DNA of 55,569 nt from a virus (taxonomy: Duplodnaviria > Caudoviricetes): positions 1-55,569 of IMG/VR virus record IMGVR_UViG_3300012964_000005. The stretch is one strand, 5' to 3'. How positions within the stretch are numbered: the stretch's first letter is position 1; every line of letters begins with the position of its first letter. This document shows positions 36,437 to 46,687 of the stretch, piece after piece. The position numbers and the translations under genes are program-made. The notes below the pieces were generated by a model that saw nothing but the letters and a program-made list of their open reading frames with translations, searched no databases and was not told the origin of the DNA.

Positions 36437-38148
36437 TGCCGATGCTACCGGCACCCGAACCCGAGATTAACCAGGGACTTGCCTCGCAGGGGCTGTCCGC
36501 CTACCCGGCAACGACGGCCGATGTCATGGCCGCGACCGCTGCCGATGCATGGGCGCGCAACCCGACGCCGTCGTTGCTACGCTGGCTCGGGCGACAATGG
36601 GATTCGCAGACGGCGGAGATCGATAGCACGCTCGGTCTCGACACTCCGCCATCATCGACCATCCTGACGCCAAAGGACGCCAACGAGCGATTCGGCATCG
36701 AAGGCAAACTCAAATTCGAGGAAGACACGCCGGCATCGGTCGCGCAGGATCTGTACGATCTCAAGCGCAAGGAGCTTTACCGGCAGGAAATCTTCGCTCG
36801 CGCGCAAGGCGGCTTCGGCGAAGGCATCGCGAAGTTCGCCACCGGCCTCGCCGTTTCGGCGTTCGATCCGCTCAATATCGCTTCGGCCTTCGTGCCCGTG
36901 GTCGGGCAGGCGCGCTATGCCCTGTGGCTGAAGCGGGCGACCGAGTCGGCGGAAGCGGCCGGACGATCGGCAGCGATAGCGCGGGCCGGGGTGAGAGCCG
37001 GGGTCGGCGCTATCGAGGGTGCGGCCGGCGCGGCACTGGTCGAACCGATCGTCTATGGCGTGGCTCGGTCGGAACAGGCCGATTACGACGCCACCGATAG
37101 CCTGCTCAATATCGCCTTCGGCGGCATCATCGGCGGCGGTCTCCATGCCGGCCTGGGCCGGCTCGGCGATGTCATCCGCGACCGCGGGCTTGCCGAGCCG
37201 ACGCTGCGCGACGCCGTGTCGAGCGTGATCGAGGATCGTCCGGTGTCGGTCGATGCGCCGCTCAAGGCGTCGTTGCTACGCTCCGCCGATCGGGATATCT
37301 CCGACGTGGTCGATTCCCTGGTGCCGCGTGAGATGCGGACCGAACCGTTCGCGCCGCCTGTCGAAGTGGGTGTCCGGGCCGCTGAACCATCACCGACTGC
37401 GGAACTATCGGTCAGCAATATCGCCGGCCGTATCACCGAGGCCGAATCCCGTCTCGCCGACCGTATGGCGGCGGAACGCAGTGCCGCCGATCTGGTGACC
37501 GAGATGGACGCGGCGCGTCAGGCGCTCGATCGATCGGTGGCGGAACTGCCGCGGGAGACGCTGGCGAAAGCCGGCATCCCGCCCGAACAGGTGCAGGCTG
37601 CGGTGGAACGCGCCATTGCCACGCAGGGCCGGGCCGAGGGTGCCAGGCTGACGCGGATGCAACAGAAGACCTTCCGCGAAGCCATCGATCGCGCACAACA
37701 GCAGGCGATCGAAGCGGCAAGAGAGGCCAGCCAGATGCGCATCCGAACGCAGGCCGAACTCGGCAGGCTTCATGCCGACCTTGCCGCCGCCAACCAGCGG
37801 ATCGAAGCCGGTCTTCCGGTGGCCCGCGCGGGTGCCGAAACCGAAACCCGTCAACGGATCGCCGCCATCACGGGACGCGAGGCCATCCATCCCGCCGACC
37901 GTCCGGCCGTTGACCGGATCGAGGCCATCGCGAAACGCGCTCCTGAGGCGACACCGGAAGCCGAGCGCACGGCCATCGAAGTCGACATGGCGGAAATCGA
38001 TGCGATGATGAGGCAGGAAGGACCGGAAGCGCCCGAAGTTGCGGCGGCGCGGAAAGAAGGCGCGCAGATCGTGAGCATCGCCGAGGCCCGCGCCAAAGCA
38101 GCGGAAGCGGCGGCCAATTGCCAGCTCCTGCGGAGTGCAGCCGAATGA
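36436..38148 (+). CDS. internal virion (ejection) protein
   Basis: DPLNIASAFVP, NIAFGGIIGGGL; synteny. Confidence 0.75.
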   Translation: MPMLPAPEPEINQGLASQGLSAYPATTADVMAATAADAWARNPTPSLLRWLGRQWDSQTAEIDSTLGLDTPPSSTILTPKDANERFGIEGKLKFEEDTPASVAQDLYDLKRKELYRQEIFARAQGGFGEGIAKFATGLAVSAFDPLNIASAFVPVVGQARYALWLKRATESAEAAGRSAAIARAGVRAGVGAIEGAAGAALVEPIVYGVARSEQADYDATDSLLNIAFGGIIGGGLHAGLGRLGDVIRDRGLAEPTLRDAVSSVIEDRPVSVDAPLKASLLRSADRDISDVVDSLVPREMRTEPFAPPVEVGVRAAEPSPTAELSVSNIAGRITEAESRLADRMAAERSAADLVTEMDAARQALDRSVAELPRETLAKAGIPPEQVQAAVERAIATQGRAEGARLTRMQQKTFREAIDRAQQQAIEAAREASQMRIRTQAELGRLHADLAAANQRIEAGLPVARAGAETETRQRIAAITGREAIHPADRPAVDRIEAIAKRAPEATPEAERTAIEVDMAEIDAMMRQEGPEAPEVAAARKEGAQIVSIAEARAKAAEAAANCQLLRSAAE

Positions 38149-40688
38149 CCGGATACGCAGACTGCATCGGCGCCATCCGCAAGGCGGCCGGCGAAATCCT
38201 GTCGGATGACGATGTGGAGAAATTGGTGTCGCAGGTGCAGCGGCGCTATCGCGAGCGTCGAAAATCCGGCGCGCTGGAGGACGATCGCAAACTGCTGGCC
38301 GAGATCGCGTCCGGCATCGCCAATGAAGAACGGCTCGCCGCCCTGATCGAAAAACGATCGCGGGCGATCAATGTCCTGCGAATGCAGCAGCGGGATGCGG
38401 CGATCGACGCATTCCTGTCCAATCCCGGCGTGGCCGAATCGAAAGCCATATCGATCCTCAATGTCGGCCGGGAGGGCAGGGGCGCCGGTTTCGGCAACTC
38501 GGTCGCGGCACAGCAGCGCGGTCTTGTCGCCGATCTGCTGGGGCCGATGATCGCCGAGCTGCGCGCCGGAAACCTGCTCGATCTGATCGGCCGGCGCAAT
38601 CCGGAGATCGAGAAGGAGATCGCCCGCAACATGTGGGAAATCTCCAACGCACAGATCGAGAAGCGGTCTCCGGTCCTCAGCGGCCGGAAGGAATCACAGG
38701 AAACCGCCCGCATCTTCGCCAAGTACCAGGAAGCCGCCCGGCAGATGCAGAACGATGCCGGCGCGTGGATCGGCAAGGCGGCTGGCTGGATCGTGCGCCA
38801 GTCGCACGACATGTTCCGACTGCGGCGCGCAGGCTACGAGGCATGGCGCGATACCATCGCTTCCCGGCTCGATGACCGCACGTTCGCCAATCTGGATGAG
38901 GATACGCCGCAGGCGCGGGAAGAATTTCTGCACACGGTCTACAATGAACTGGTATCGGGCGAGCATTATCGCGACCGCGGGTTCGACGAAAAACTCGGGG
39001 CATTCAAGGGGCCGGGCAGTCTCGCCAAACGGGCGTCGCAGCATCGCGTGTTGCAGTTCAAATCAGCCGACGAGTGGCTGGCCTACAACGATGCCTTCGG
39101 CCATGACGGCGTGGTGGGTGCGGTGTTCCACGGCCTGGAACGTTCGGCCCGCAACACTGCGTTGATGCGGACATGGGGCACCAATCCGGAAGCGGCGTTC
39201 GATGCCACGATGGACCGGCTGCGGGAACGGGCGGCAAAGCGCGGCGATGTGAAAGAGGTCGACCGGCTCAAGGGCTGGCAGGTCCAGGCCGAATTCGACG
39301 ACCTCACCGGCCTGACGCGCATTCCGGGAGATCCGACGCTGGCGCGGCGCGGTGCCATCGCGCGGGCTTTGATCAATCTGACATCGCTCGGCGGGGTAGT
39401 GATTTCATCGCTGCCGGACAACGCGATCAAGGCGGCGGTGCTTCACCATCACGGCATCGGCTTTTTCGACGGCCATCTGGATGCGATGCGGGATGTGTTC
39501 CGCGGGCGCGGGTCGGGATGGACGCGCGAAGCGGCGGATCATCTCGGCGTCGGCTTCGATGGGTTGACCGGCGACCTGGCGGCCAAATGGTCGGCCGAGG
39601 ACACGATCCCCGGCAAGGTCGCTCGGATACAGAATGCTTTCTTCCGTCTCAATCTGCTGTCGTGGTGGACCGATGCCAAGGCGACCGGCACCGGCCTGAT
39701 GATGGCGCACAATTTGGCGCGCAACGCCGGCAAGGAATTCGGCGCGCTCGATCCGCTGTTGCAGACCACGCTTAGGCGGTACGGCATCGGCCCGGACCAG
39801 TGGGCGGCGCTGCGCCGGGTCGAGATGAAGGGTTACGGCGACACGCGATACCTGATGCCAGATGCGGTTGACCGGTTATCCGACGATATCGTGAAACCGT
39901 TGGCTGGCGGCGACAGCCCGGCCGCCATTGCGCGCGCCCGTACCGATCTTCGCCTGGCGCTGCGCACCTTCTACGCCGAGGAAGTGGCCTCGGCACAGAC
40001 CTTCGCCGGCCCGCGGGAGCGCGCCATCGTCACCTGGGGAACGCGACCGGGCACGCCGCTGGGCGAGGCCGTGCGCTTCATGATGCAATACAAGCTGTTC
40101 TCGATCACGTTCGCTACCCGGCATATCGCGCGCGAGCTCGCCCGCGGCGGCGTGCCCGGCATGGTCCACTTGATCCTCGCCAACACCGCGCTCGGATATC
40201 TGGCGATGCAGGCCAAGGAAATCGCCAAGGGCAGGGAGCCGCGCAAGGCCGACGATACTCTGGGCTTCGCCAAGATCGCGATGGCTGCGGCGCAGCAGGG
40301 CGGCGGGCTCGGCATCTACGGCGATTTCCTGTTCGGGCAGTATAACCGCTTCGGCGGCGGCGGTCTCGAAACCCTTGCCGGTCCCGCCGCCGGCAAGGTC
40401 GGCGACGTGTTGCGCACCTTCGGCAACATCAAGGAAGGACAGGGCCACGCCGCCGGAAACCTGCTGTTGCGCACCGCCGTCAACGCCGTTCCGGGCATCA
40501 ACCTGTTCTATACCCGCGCCGCGCTCGATTACCTGATCCTGTATCAGATGCAGGAATGGGCCAGTCCCGGCTATCTGCGCCGCATGGAACGCAACATCCA
40601 GCAGCAGAACCGCCAGCGGTTCATCATCCCGCCATCGTCGGTCATCCCCTACGGCGGCGGTAACCGACTGTTCGAAGGCATCCGCTGA
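38145..40688 (+). CDS. large internal virion protein
   Basis: R.LQFKSAD.W..YN..FG, GGGLGIYGDFLF, P..NLFY.RAA.D, SPGYLRR. Confidence 0.8.
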   Translation: MTGYADCIGAIRKAAGEILSDDDVEKLVSQVQRRYRERRKSGALEDDRKLLAEIASGIANEERLAALIEKRSRAINVLRMQQRDAAIDAFLSNPGVAESKAISILNVGREGRGAGFGNSVAAQQRGLVADLLGPMIAELRAGNLLDLIGRRNPEIEKEIARNMWEISNAQIEKRSPVLSGRKESQETARIFAKYQEAARQMQNDAGAWIGKAAGWIVRQSHDMFRLRRAGYEAWRDTIASRLDDRTFANLDEDTPQAREEFLHTVYNELVSGEHYRDRGFDEKLGAFKGPGSLAKRASQHRVLQFKSADEWLAYNDAFGHDGVVGAVFHGLERSARNTALMRTWGTNPEAAFDATMDRLRERAAKRGDVKEVDRLKGWQVQAEFDDLTGLTRIPGDPTLARRGAIARALINLTSLGGVVISSLPDNAIKAAVLHHHGIGFFDGHLDAMRDVFRGRGSGWTREAADHLGVGFDGLTGDLAAKWSAEDTIPGKVARIQNAFFRLNLLSWWTDAKATGTGLMMAHNLARNAGKEFGALDPLLQTTLRRYGIGPDQWAALRRVEMKGYGDTRYLMPDAVDRLSDDIVKPLAGGDSPAAIARARTDLRLALRTFYAEEVASAQTFAGPRERAIVTWGTRPGTPLGEAVRFMMQYKLFSITFATRHIARELARGGVPGMVHLILANTALGYLAMQAKEIAKGREPRKADDTLGFAKIAMAAAQQGGGLGIYGDFLFGQYNRFGGGGLETLAGPAAGKVGDVLRTFGNIKEGQGHAAGNLLLRTAVNAVPGINLFYTRAALDYLILYQMQEWASPGYLRRMERNIQQQNRQRFIIPPSSVIPYGGGNRLFEGIR

Positions 40689-40708
40689 CCGTCTTTTAAT
40701 CGCACCCG

Positions 40709-40735
40709 AAGCCCCGCCCTCGCGCGGGGTTTTTC
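40709..40735 (+). terminator. intrinsic terminator
   Basis: AAGCCCCGC-loop-GCGGGGTTTTT. Confidence 0.75.
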
Positions 40736-40750
40736 ATTTGGAGCACGCGA

Positions 40751-43273
40751 ATGACGCTTTCCTCCGAGACCGAGCGCGTATCCTACAGCGGCGACGGGTC
40801 CACTGCGTCGTTTTCGGTCCCGTTCGTTTTCTGGTCGCTGGACGATCTGGAGGTCATCCTGCGGGCCTCGGACGGTGCCGAAACCGTATGGACGCGGGGA
40901 AATCAATACAGCGTGACCGGCGGTTCGGGGTCCACCGGGACCGTGACCGTCAGCACCAGCCCGACCGACTACACGCCCGCTTCCGGGACCAAGCTGGTGA
41001 TCCGGTCCAGCCTGACATTGACGCAAGACCTCAGCCTGACCAGCGGCGGCACGTTTCCGTCCACGTCCATCGCCCAGCAATTCGACAAGCTGGTGCGGAT
41101 GATCCAGCAGGCCAACGAACGGGCCGGGCGGGCCATCCGCTTTCCGGCGACCGACAGCAGCAGCCTTTCGGCGCTTCTGCCGGCGAGCAGCGCGAGGGCA
41201 TCGAAGTTCCTGGCCTTCGACGCGGACGGCAATCCGGTCGCCTCCGCCGGGTCCGCCGATACGGTCACGGTTTCGACCTTCATGGCGACCGTGCTGGACG
41301 ACCTCACAGCCGCTGCCGCCCGGCTTACCCTCGGCATCTCGATCGGCACCACGGTCGACAAGTACGTGGAGGACTACGGCGCGGTCGGCGACGGCTCGAC
41401 GGACGATACGGCTGCGTTCGCGACCGCCATCGCCGCGCTGACCGCTGGCGATGTGCTGCGCCTCAGCCCGAACAAGACCTACATCCTCGACGGCACCACC
41501 AGCCTGAACGTCGCCAGCGTCACCCTGGACTGCCGCGGGGCCACGATCAAGCTGAAGGCCACGGCCGGCAATAACGCCAAGCTGCTGACCGTCGCGGCCG
41601 ACGACGTGAAGGTGATCGGCGGCACGTTCAACGGCAACGCCAGCAACGAAGGCGCGGCCACCGGCCAGGCGCTGATCTACCATACCGGGCGCAGCCGGGT
41701 TCATATCGATGTCGAGAAGATGACCAATAGCCTCGGCTATGGCTTCTACGGCGTCGATGCCACGGACTGCTCGGTCCGGGCGAAGAAGGTGGATACCTGC
41801 GCCAATACCGGCATCCAGTGGCTCTACACCGGCGCGAACAGCCTGACCCGCTGCCTGACCTGGGACAGCTATGTCGACCGGTCGGACAGCGCGGCCTACA
41901 CCGACCCGTGCATCTCCTACGGCAAGAGCGGGGCCGCCACCGGCGCCATCGTCGGCTGCGCCATCCTCAACTGCCGCGGCAAGGCTGACAACGCCGCCTC
42001 GCTCGACAACCTGCAAATCTGGGGCGTCTCCCGTCAGTGCTCGGTCATCGGCTGCCACACCGAGGGCGGCATCATGGGCATTTCCGTCGCCAACGGCGGC
42101 ACCAAATGCACCGTGGCGGGCAATGCCGTCTACGATTTCGGAAATCACGGCATCGAGATCGCCGACAGCACCTATTGCACGGTGTCGGGGAACGTCATCG
42201 ACGGTAACGGGACATCGACAAAAGCCGGCGTATCGCTCGACGGCAGCAGCATCGCGGCCGTGCGCAATGTCGTGGTCGGCAACACCATCCTCGGCGTCAA
42301 GGGACAGGGTGTTTCGCTGTATCTGACGGTCACGGGATGCGCGGTCATCGGCAACACGATCTATGTCACCGACGCTGCGGCCGATGGCATCTACTTCAAC
42401 GGCTGCGGCGCATGCGATGTGGCTGTCGACAGCAACAACATCGATGGCGCGGGAACGGCGAACATCGGCATCCGAATCGTGCAGTCGTACAACATCAGCG
42501 GTTCCGGAAACGTCATCACCAACTGGGTGGCGCAGGCCATCGGCGGCAACCAGAACGCCGCCGGCACGATGAACAATATCTCGTTCATGGGCGGGCTGAT
42601 CGCCAGCACGTCGGGCGTGCAGTTCCTCTCCTCGGGCGGCGGCGCGCTCGGCTCCTCGATCCAGTTTCGCGGCATCGCCGGCCTGCTCGACGGGACGGCG
42701 GCATGGGACCAGCTCGATTACAAGAACGATGTCAAGGCGCTCCGCGGCTCCGGCTCGCCCGAGGGCGTGTACGCCGCCGGCATCAATTCGACCTATGACC
42801 AGACCGACGGCGCGCCGGGCGCGCAACGCTGGTACAAGGAATCGGGAACCGGCAACACCGGCTGGCGCAAGTTCTCCAACCCGCTCACGGTCGAGGTCAC
42901 GGTCGGACAGGCCGACCTGGCCACCGCCGGAACCAAGACCCTGATCGCGGCCATATCGGGCGCGAAGTTCAAACTGCGGAACATCCGCCTGTCCGGTTCG
43001 GGCACCACCTATTCCGGCGGCGGCGGGGACCGCAAGATCGCGATCCAGGACAGCAGCGGCACGACCGTCTGGACGGTCATGGAGCGGCATCTTCTGGCGA
43101 GCCTGTGGCCGACCGACTGGGGCCGGCCCGGCCTGCCGTTCCCGGCCACGGTGGCGCAGATCAACGCCGAAAGCACGGCTGGCGAGGCCATCGTGGCGAA
43201 GTATTCCGGGGGCACCACCGATTACACCGCCGGGTCGATCACGCTGATCCTTGAGTACGAGCGGACGACCTAG
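40751..43273 (+). CDS. tailspike / receptor-binding protein with T7 gp17-like N-terminus and beta-helix (putative depolymerase)
   Basis: YSGDGST..FSVPF, DKLVRMIQQ, DYGAVGDG.TDDTAAF, repeated V.GN.I beta-helix rungs. Confidence 0.88.
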   Translation: MTLSSETERVSYSGDGSTASFSVPFVFWSLDDLEVILRASDGAETVWTRGNQYSVTGGSGSTGTVTVSTSPTDYTPASGTKLVIRSSLTLTQDLSLTSGGTFPSTSIAQQFDKLVRMIQQANERAGRAIRFPATDSSSLSALLPASSARASKFLAFDADGNPVASAGSADTVTVSTFMATVLDDLTAAAARLTLGISIGTTVDKYVEDYGAVGDGSTDDTAAFATAIAALTAGDVLRLSPNKTYILDGTTSLNVASVTLDCRGATIKLKATAGNNAKLLTVAADDVKVIGGTFNGNASNEGAATGQALIYHTGRSRVHIDVEKMTNSLGYGFYGVDATDCSVRAKKVDTCANTGIQWLYTGANSLTRCLTWDSYVDRSDSAAYTDPCISYGKSGAATGAIVGCAILNCRGKADNAASLDNLQIWGVSRQCSVIGCHTEGGIMGISVANGGTKCTVAGNAVYDFGNHGIEIADSTYCTVSGNVIDGNGTSTKAGVSLDGSSIAAVRNVVVGNTILGVKGQGVSLYLTVTGCAVIGNTIYVTDAAADGIYFNGCGACDVAVDSNNIDGAGTANIGIRIVQSYNISGSGNVITNWVAQAIGGNQNAAGTMNNISFMGGLIASTSGVQFLSSGGGALGSSIQFRGIAGLLDGTAAWDQLDYKNDVKALRGSGSPEGVYAAGINSTYDQTDGAPGAQRWYKESGTGNTGWRKFSNPLTVEVTVGQADLATAGTKTLIAAISGAKFKLRNIRLSGSGTTYSGGGGDRKIAIQDSSGTTVWTVMERHLLASLWPTDWGRPGLPFPATVAQINAESTAGEAIVAKYSGGTTDYTAGSITLILEYERTT

Positions 43274-43539
43274 CCGAGATCATGGACGATGATCCCGCTT
43301 TCGGTCCGCGAGACGACCTGTTTCAGGTGCCGGGTGAGGAAATCGGCGAATGGCACCGCGTTCCAGTCGCGCGCCGCTTCGCCGGCGAGCGTCACCTGGC
43401 CGGTCGCCTTCGGCATCTGGAGCTCGTCGACGTGCAGCACCGGCGGCTCGGATTCCTCATCGAGAAACAGGCCCCAGTGGCTGCCGCGCCAGTCGACGAT
43501 GTCGATGAACCGCTTCACGGCGCGAACCATCCGAACCAT
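43270..43539 (-). CDS. possible small antisense-oriented hypothetical protein
   Basis: MVRMVRAVKRFIDIVDW... fills the gap between tailspike and lysis genes; start uncertain. Confidence 0.35.
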   Translation of the reverse strand: MVRMVRAVKRFIDIVDWRGSHWGLFLDEESEPPVLHVDELQMPKATGQVTLAGEAARDWNAVPFADFLTRHLKQVVSRTESGIIVHDLG

Positions 43540-43685
43540 GCGCCGAGCCGCTTTCCCGCCATCCGCCACCACGGCAGCGGCGCGGGGAAGCCCGGCCAGC
43601 GGGGCAGGGGATGGCCGATGAGCCAGGACAGGAACCGCATTGCGCAAGCCTAGCACCGCAACAAGACAAGGCAAAGGAGGATGAC

Positions 43686-43964
43686 GTGCCGCGTCACGAG
43701 GAACCGCAACCCTGGTGGAAAATCTGTGAAAACCCGGTCGTTCGCGGCCTCTCCCGATTGTTCACCCTGTTCGGCGTGCCGGTCATCCTTGTTCTTCTGA
43801 ACATGCTCGCCGGCGATTTCCGTGAGATGCGCGACACCATCCTCGTGCTGAACCGGAGCACCATGCCGCAGGTGAAGAAGGTGCAGGATGACCACGAGCA
43901 CCGCATCCGCGATCTCGAATTCGCCAGCCGGACCTACGGGCCGATGACGCCGGGACGGCGCTGA
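43686..43964 (+). CDS. single-TM protein, holin-like
   Basis: AAGGAGG RBS; TM LFTLFGVPVILVLL plus coiled coil; precedes the endolysin. Confidence 0.55.
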   Translation: MPRHEEPQPWWKICENPVVRGLSRLFTLFGVPVILVLLNMLAGDFREMRDTILVLNRSTMPQVKKVQDDHEHRIRDLEFASRTYGPMTPGRR

Positions 43965-44656
43965 TGGACAGGAGAAACCAGATGCCGACCGCTTCGATGC
44001 CGCCGAAAGGTATCCGCAATTGCAATCCGTTGAACCTCGTGCACGACGACCGGAACAAGTGGCAGGGCCTCGCCAGCCCGCCGAGCGATGGGCGGTTTTG
44101 CCGTTTTACCTCGCCGCTCTATGGCATCCGCGCGGCGGCGCTGAACCTGATCGCCTACCAGGATCGCCACGGGATCAACACGCTCCGCGGCCTGCTCGAA
44201 CGGTGGGCGCCGCATGGCGAGAACAACGTGGAGGCCTATCGCGACGACGTGTGCGGTCGTTCCGGCTTCGCTCCCGACTATCCGGTCAACCTGCACAACG
44301 ACGATGAATTGCGCCCGATCATCGAGGCGATGATCTGGCACGAGAACGGCGAGCAGCCCTACACCGATGCGCAGATCACCAAAGCGCTGGTGATGGCCGG
44401 TGTCGAGCCGGCGCAGCGGCCGATGTCGGCGAGCCGGACCGTGAAGGGCGGCCAGGTCGCGGCCGGGGCAGGGGTCGCGGCCACGGTCGCCGGCACCATC
44501 GCCCAGGTCGAGCCCGCGCTGCCCGTGCTGCAGTTCATCCACGACAACTTCGACACGCTGTCGTTCGCCCTGATCGCGCTCGGCCTCGCCGTGCTGGCGG
44601 GCGTCGGCTACGCGGTGTGGGCGCGGATCGACGACCGCCGCAAGGGGCTGCGCTGA
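43964..44656 (+). CDS. lysozyme-like endolysin with C-terminal hydrophobic segments
   Basis: GIRNCNPLNL, F.S..YGIRA, RWAP..ENN..AY, HENG. Confidence 0.8.
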   Translation: MDRRNQMPTASMPPKGIRNCNPLNLVHDDRNKWQGLASPPSDGRFCRFTSPLYGIRAAALNLIAYQDRHGINTLRGLLERWAPHGENNVEAYRDDVCGRSGFAPDYPVNLHNDDELRPIIEAMIWHENGEQPYTDAQITKALVMAGVEPAQRPMSASRTVKGGQVAAGAGVAATVAGTIAQVEPALPVLQFIHDNFDTLSFALIALGLAVLAGVGYAVWARIDDRRKGLR

Positions 44657-44949
44657 TGCTGTCCTTTCTCGGCAATCTGCTCGCCCCGTTCGCCCTCAAG
44701 ATCATGGCCGGGCTGGCGCTCGCCGGCGCCGTGTTGGCCGTGCTGTTCGGCGCGAAGCAGGCGGGACGCACGGCCGAGAAGGTCGACATGCTCACCCAGG
44801 CAAGGAAGGTGTCCAATGAGCGCCGCAAGATCGACGACGATGTTCGCCGTGCTGGTCCTGCTGCCGCTCGCGACGAGCTGCGCGGGTGGGCCAGTGCCGA
44901 CGGGGATCCCGTGCGAAGCACTGACGCCGATCCGGCCCACAAGGGCTGA
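44656..44949 (+). CDS. i-spanin (Rz-like)
   Basis: N-terminal TM followed by a charged helix; after the endolysin. Confidence 0.7.
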   Translation: MLSFLGNLLAPFALKIMAGLALAGAVLAVLFGAKQAGRTAEKVDMLTQARKVSNERRKIDDDVRRAGPAAARDELRGWASADGDPVRSTDADPAHKG

Positions 44950-45043
44950 CGTCGAAACGATGAGCGACGAACTCGCCGTGCAGATCCTCGGCTACGACAG
45001 GCTCGGGGCGATGATCTGCGGATGGAAGAAGGGCGGCGTCTGA
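44840..45043 (+). CDS. o-spanin (Rz1-like lipoprotein)
   Basis: Overlaps Rz in another frame; lipobox LATSC. Confidence 0.7.
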   Translation: MFAVLVLLPLATSCAGGPVPTGIPCEALTPIRPTRADVETMSDELAVQILGYDRLGAMICGWKKGGV

Positions 45044-45247
45044 TGCCCTGGCCGGTCGCCATCCTGCTCGCGGCCGACCTGCTCGCGCTCGCGGGCTATG
45101 CCGTCTACCTCTACAGGAAGGCATGACCATGATCAGGATCGCCAGCGCCGTCCCGACGCACGTCTGGGTGTGGGATGCGGTGAGCCGACAGTGGCGGTTC
45201 GTGCGCGTCACCTGACCCCCGGCGACAACCCGAGTCACCTATCGCCG

Positions 45248-45874
45248 CTACTGGCCGCCTGGGGAAACCTGGGCGGCCTTTTTGTTTGCCGCATCAATAG
45301 CGTCGCGGACAGTGCACATTTCGCGGTAAGACCACAATTGGAGGCGACCATCAAATTTTTCAGGAAACAACTCTCTCGCTTTGGCATCATACTCGCAGTG
45401 TTGTCGTCGCACTTCTCGCGCTGTACGCAATGTCTTGGTTAAGATATTTATGTCGAGTGTTTTACGAAGTTCTCGCGCGTGCAGCGCGACTGCAATTTGC
45501 CATGCTGCCAGAAATTCGTCGAGGTCAACCCATGGCTTTTCAGCCATATGGATAGGCCAATCATATAGATCGCCTGTATCCCTACGCATTTCAAATAACC
45601 TCTTTTTATCAATAAAATAAGAACGATCTACACACTCGACGCCTTGATGTGTGACACGCCATTGCACGCCTATAACTGGCGGCGGTATATTGAACTTTCC
45701 TCGATTACATGACCAGCAGGCAGTCACCAGATTATCATCATCATCGCTACCGCCAGACGCCCGTGGTATTCGGTGGTCTACTTCAAGGACAGCGATGGGT
45801 GCGCGGCTACCGCAATATACGCAGCAGAAATTGTCGCGCATCAAGATCGAAAATCGTTTTCGCGGGCTTAGCAT
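45248..45874 (-). CDS. HNH endonuclease with extra C-terminal domain
   Basis: RF.IL.RDNF.CVYCG, LEVDH..P...GG.....NLVTACWSCNRGK; visibly more AT-rich. Confidence 0.85.
   Translation of the reverse strand: MLSPRKRFSILMRDNFCCVYCGSRAPIAVLEVDHRIPRASGGSDDDDNLVTACWSCNRGKFNIPPPVIGVQWRVTHQGVECVDRSYFIDKKRLFEMRRDTGDLYDWPIHMAEKPWVDLDEFLAAWQIAVALHARELRKTLDINILTKTLRTAREVRRQHCEYDAKARELFPEKFDGRLQLWSYREMCTVRDAIDAANKKAAQVSPGGQ
45253..45283 (+). terminator. late-operon intrinsic terminator
   Basis: GGCCGCCTGG-GGAAAC-CTGGGCGGCC-TTTTT. Confidence 0.8.
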
Positions 45875-45886
45875 CCAATCTTCCCC

Positions 45887-46282
45887 TCACTCCCCATCCT
45901 TTTCCGCGATCTTGCCGGAACACGCACGCCTTTCGATATATCGCCGAACTTGCGCGGGCGGGAAATCGGGATGGTTCCAGCTTTTACATGAAAGTCGTTC
46001 GCGAATGACGAGAAGACGACCTTCTTCGTAGCGATACTGCGCCAGCGCAACATTACCATAAGCGCCAAACAAATCGTCGCCGCCGAAACCAATACGTCGC
46101 AGCGCTGTTTCCGGCGTCTCGGTCCTGATGCGGTCGAGTATCAGATCATGATCGAACGGCTTTCGGCTGCAAGCGTCGAGAAAGCCGAGGCGGAAAGCTG
46201 GATGAATCACGATCTGCATTAGTTCGTCGTATGTCGTAGCAACGTGATCTTTGACCGGTTTCTGTCGGCGCTGTGCTGTCAT
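45887..46282 (-). CDS. hypothetical protein
   Basis: ORF co-oriented with the HNH gene. Confidence 0.6.
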   Translation of the reverse strand: MTAQRRQKPVKDHVATTYDELMQIVIHPAFRLGFLDACSRKPFDHDLILDRIRTETPETALRRIGFGGDDLFGAYGNVALAQYRYEEGRLLVIRERLSCKSWNHPDFPPAQVRRYIERRACSGKIAEKDGE

Positions 46283-46378
46283 GCCGCGATCTTGCCGCCG
46301 CGCCAGCGTTCGCCCGAAGGCCGATGCAAAACGGTGTCGCCGGGTTTGATCTGTTCCATCTTGTCAGCCTCCTGCCTC

Positions 46379-46546
46379 CTATCGGGCCTGTAGCTCCTCG
46401 ACCGCTTCGAGAACCTCGCGGCGCTCGGCGGGGCTGAGCGGGGTCAGGGCGATGCACACGGCCGCGAAGGCTTCGGCAACCGGATCGCGCCCGGTCTCGG
46501 TCACCAGCCTGACCACCTTGCCCTTGGTTGCCCGTTCCGCTACCAT
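46379..46546 (-). CDS. small hypothetical protein (55 aa), first gene after the LexA box
   Basis: MVAERATKGKVVRLVTETGRDP...LSPAERREVLEAVEELQAR; not in the ORF track. Confidence 0.55.
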   Translation of the reverse strand: MVAERATKGKVVRLVTETGRDPVAEAFAAVCIALTPLSPAERREVLEAVEELQAR

Positions 46547-46597
46547 CGCCGCCGCGCCTGCCTGACCATCCCCGAACCGGCCCCCAGATATAGCGAA

Positions 46598-46612
46598 GAA
46601 CAGGGCGGGAAC
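46598..46612. promoter_or_regulatory. alphaproteobacterial LexA (SOS) box
   Basis: GAAC-AGGGCGG-GAAC (GAAC-N7-GAAC) in an intergenic region. Confidence 0.6.
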
Positions 46613-46687
46613 GATATTTCGGGGATAACTCGTTTAATCGCGCAACTATATTGCGCCGGTTACAACATTGTTCTTTAGAACAATTCA

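Noticed and set aside
40649-43090. 813-aa minus-strand ORF and similar long antisense ORFs (e.g. 18781-20112, 31072-32373, and 6165-7121 on +)
   Set aside because: Shadow ORFs of GC-rich genes on the opposite strand; no motifs or RBS
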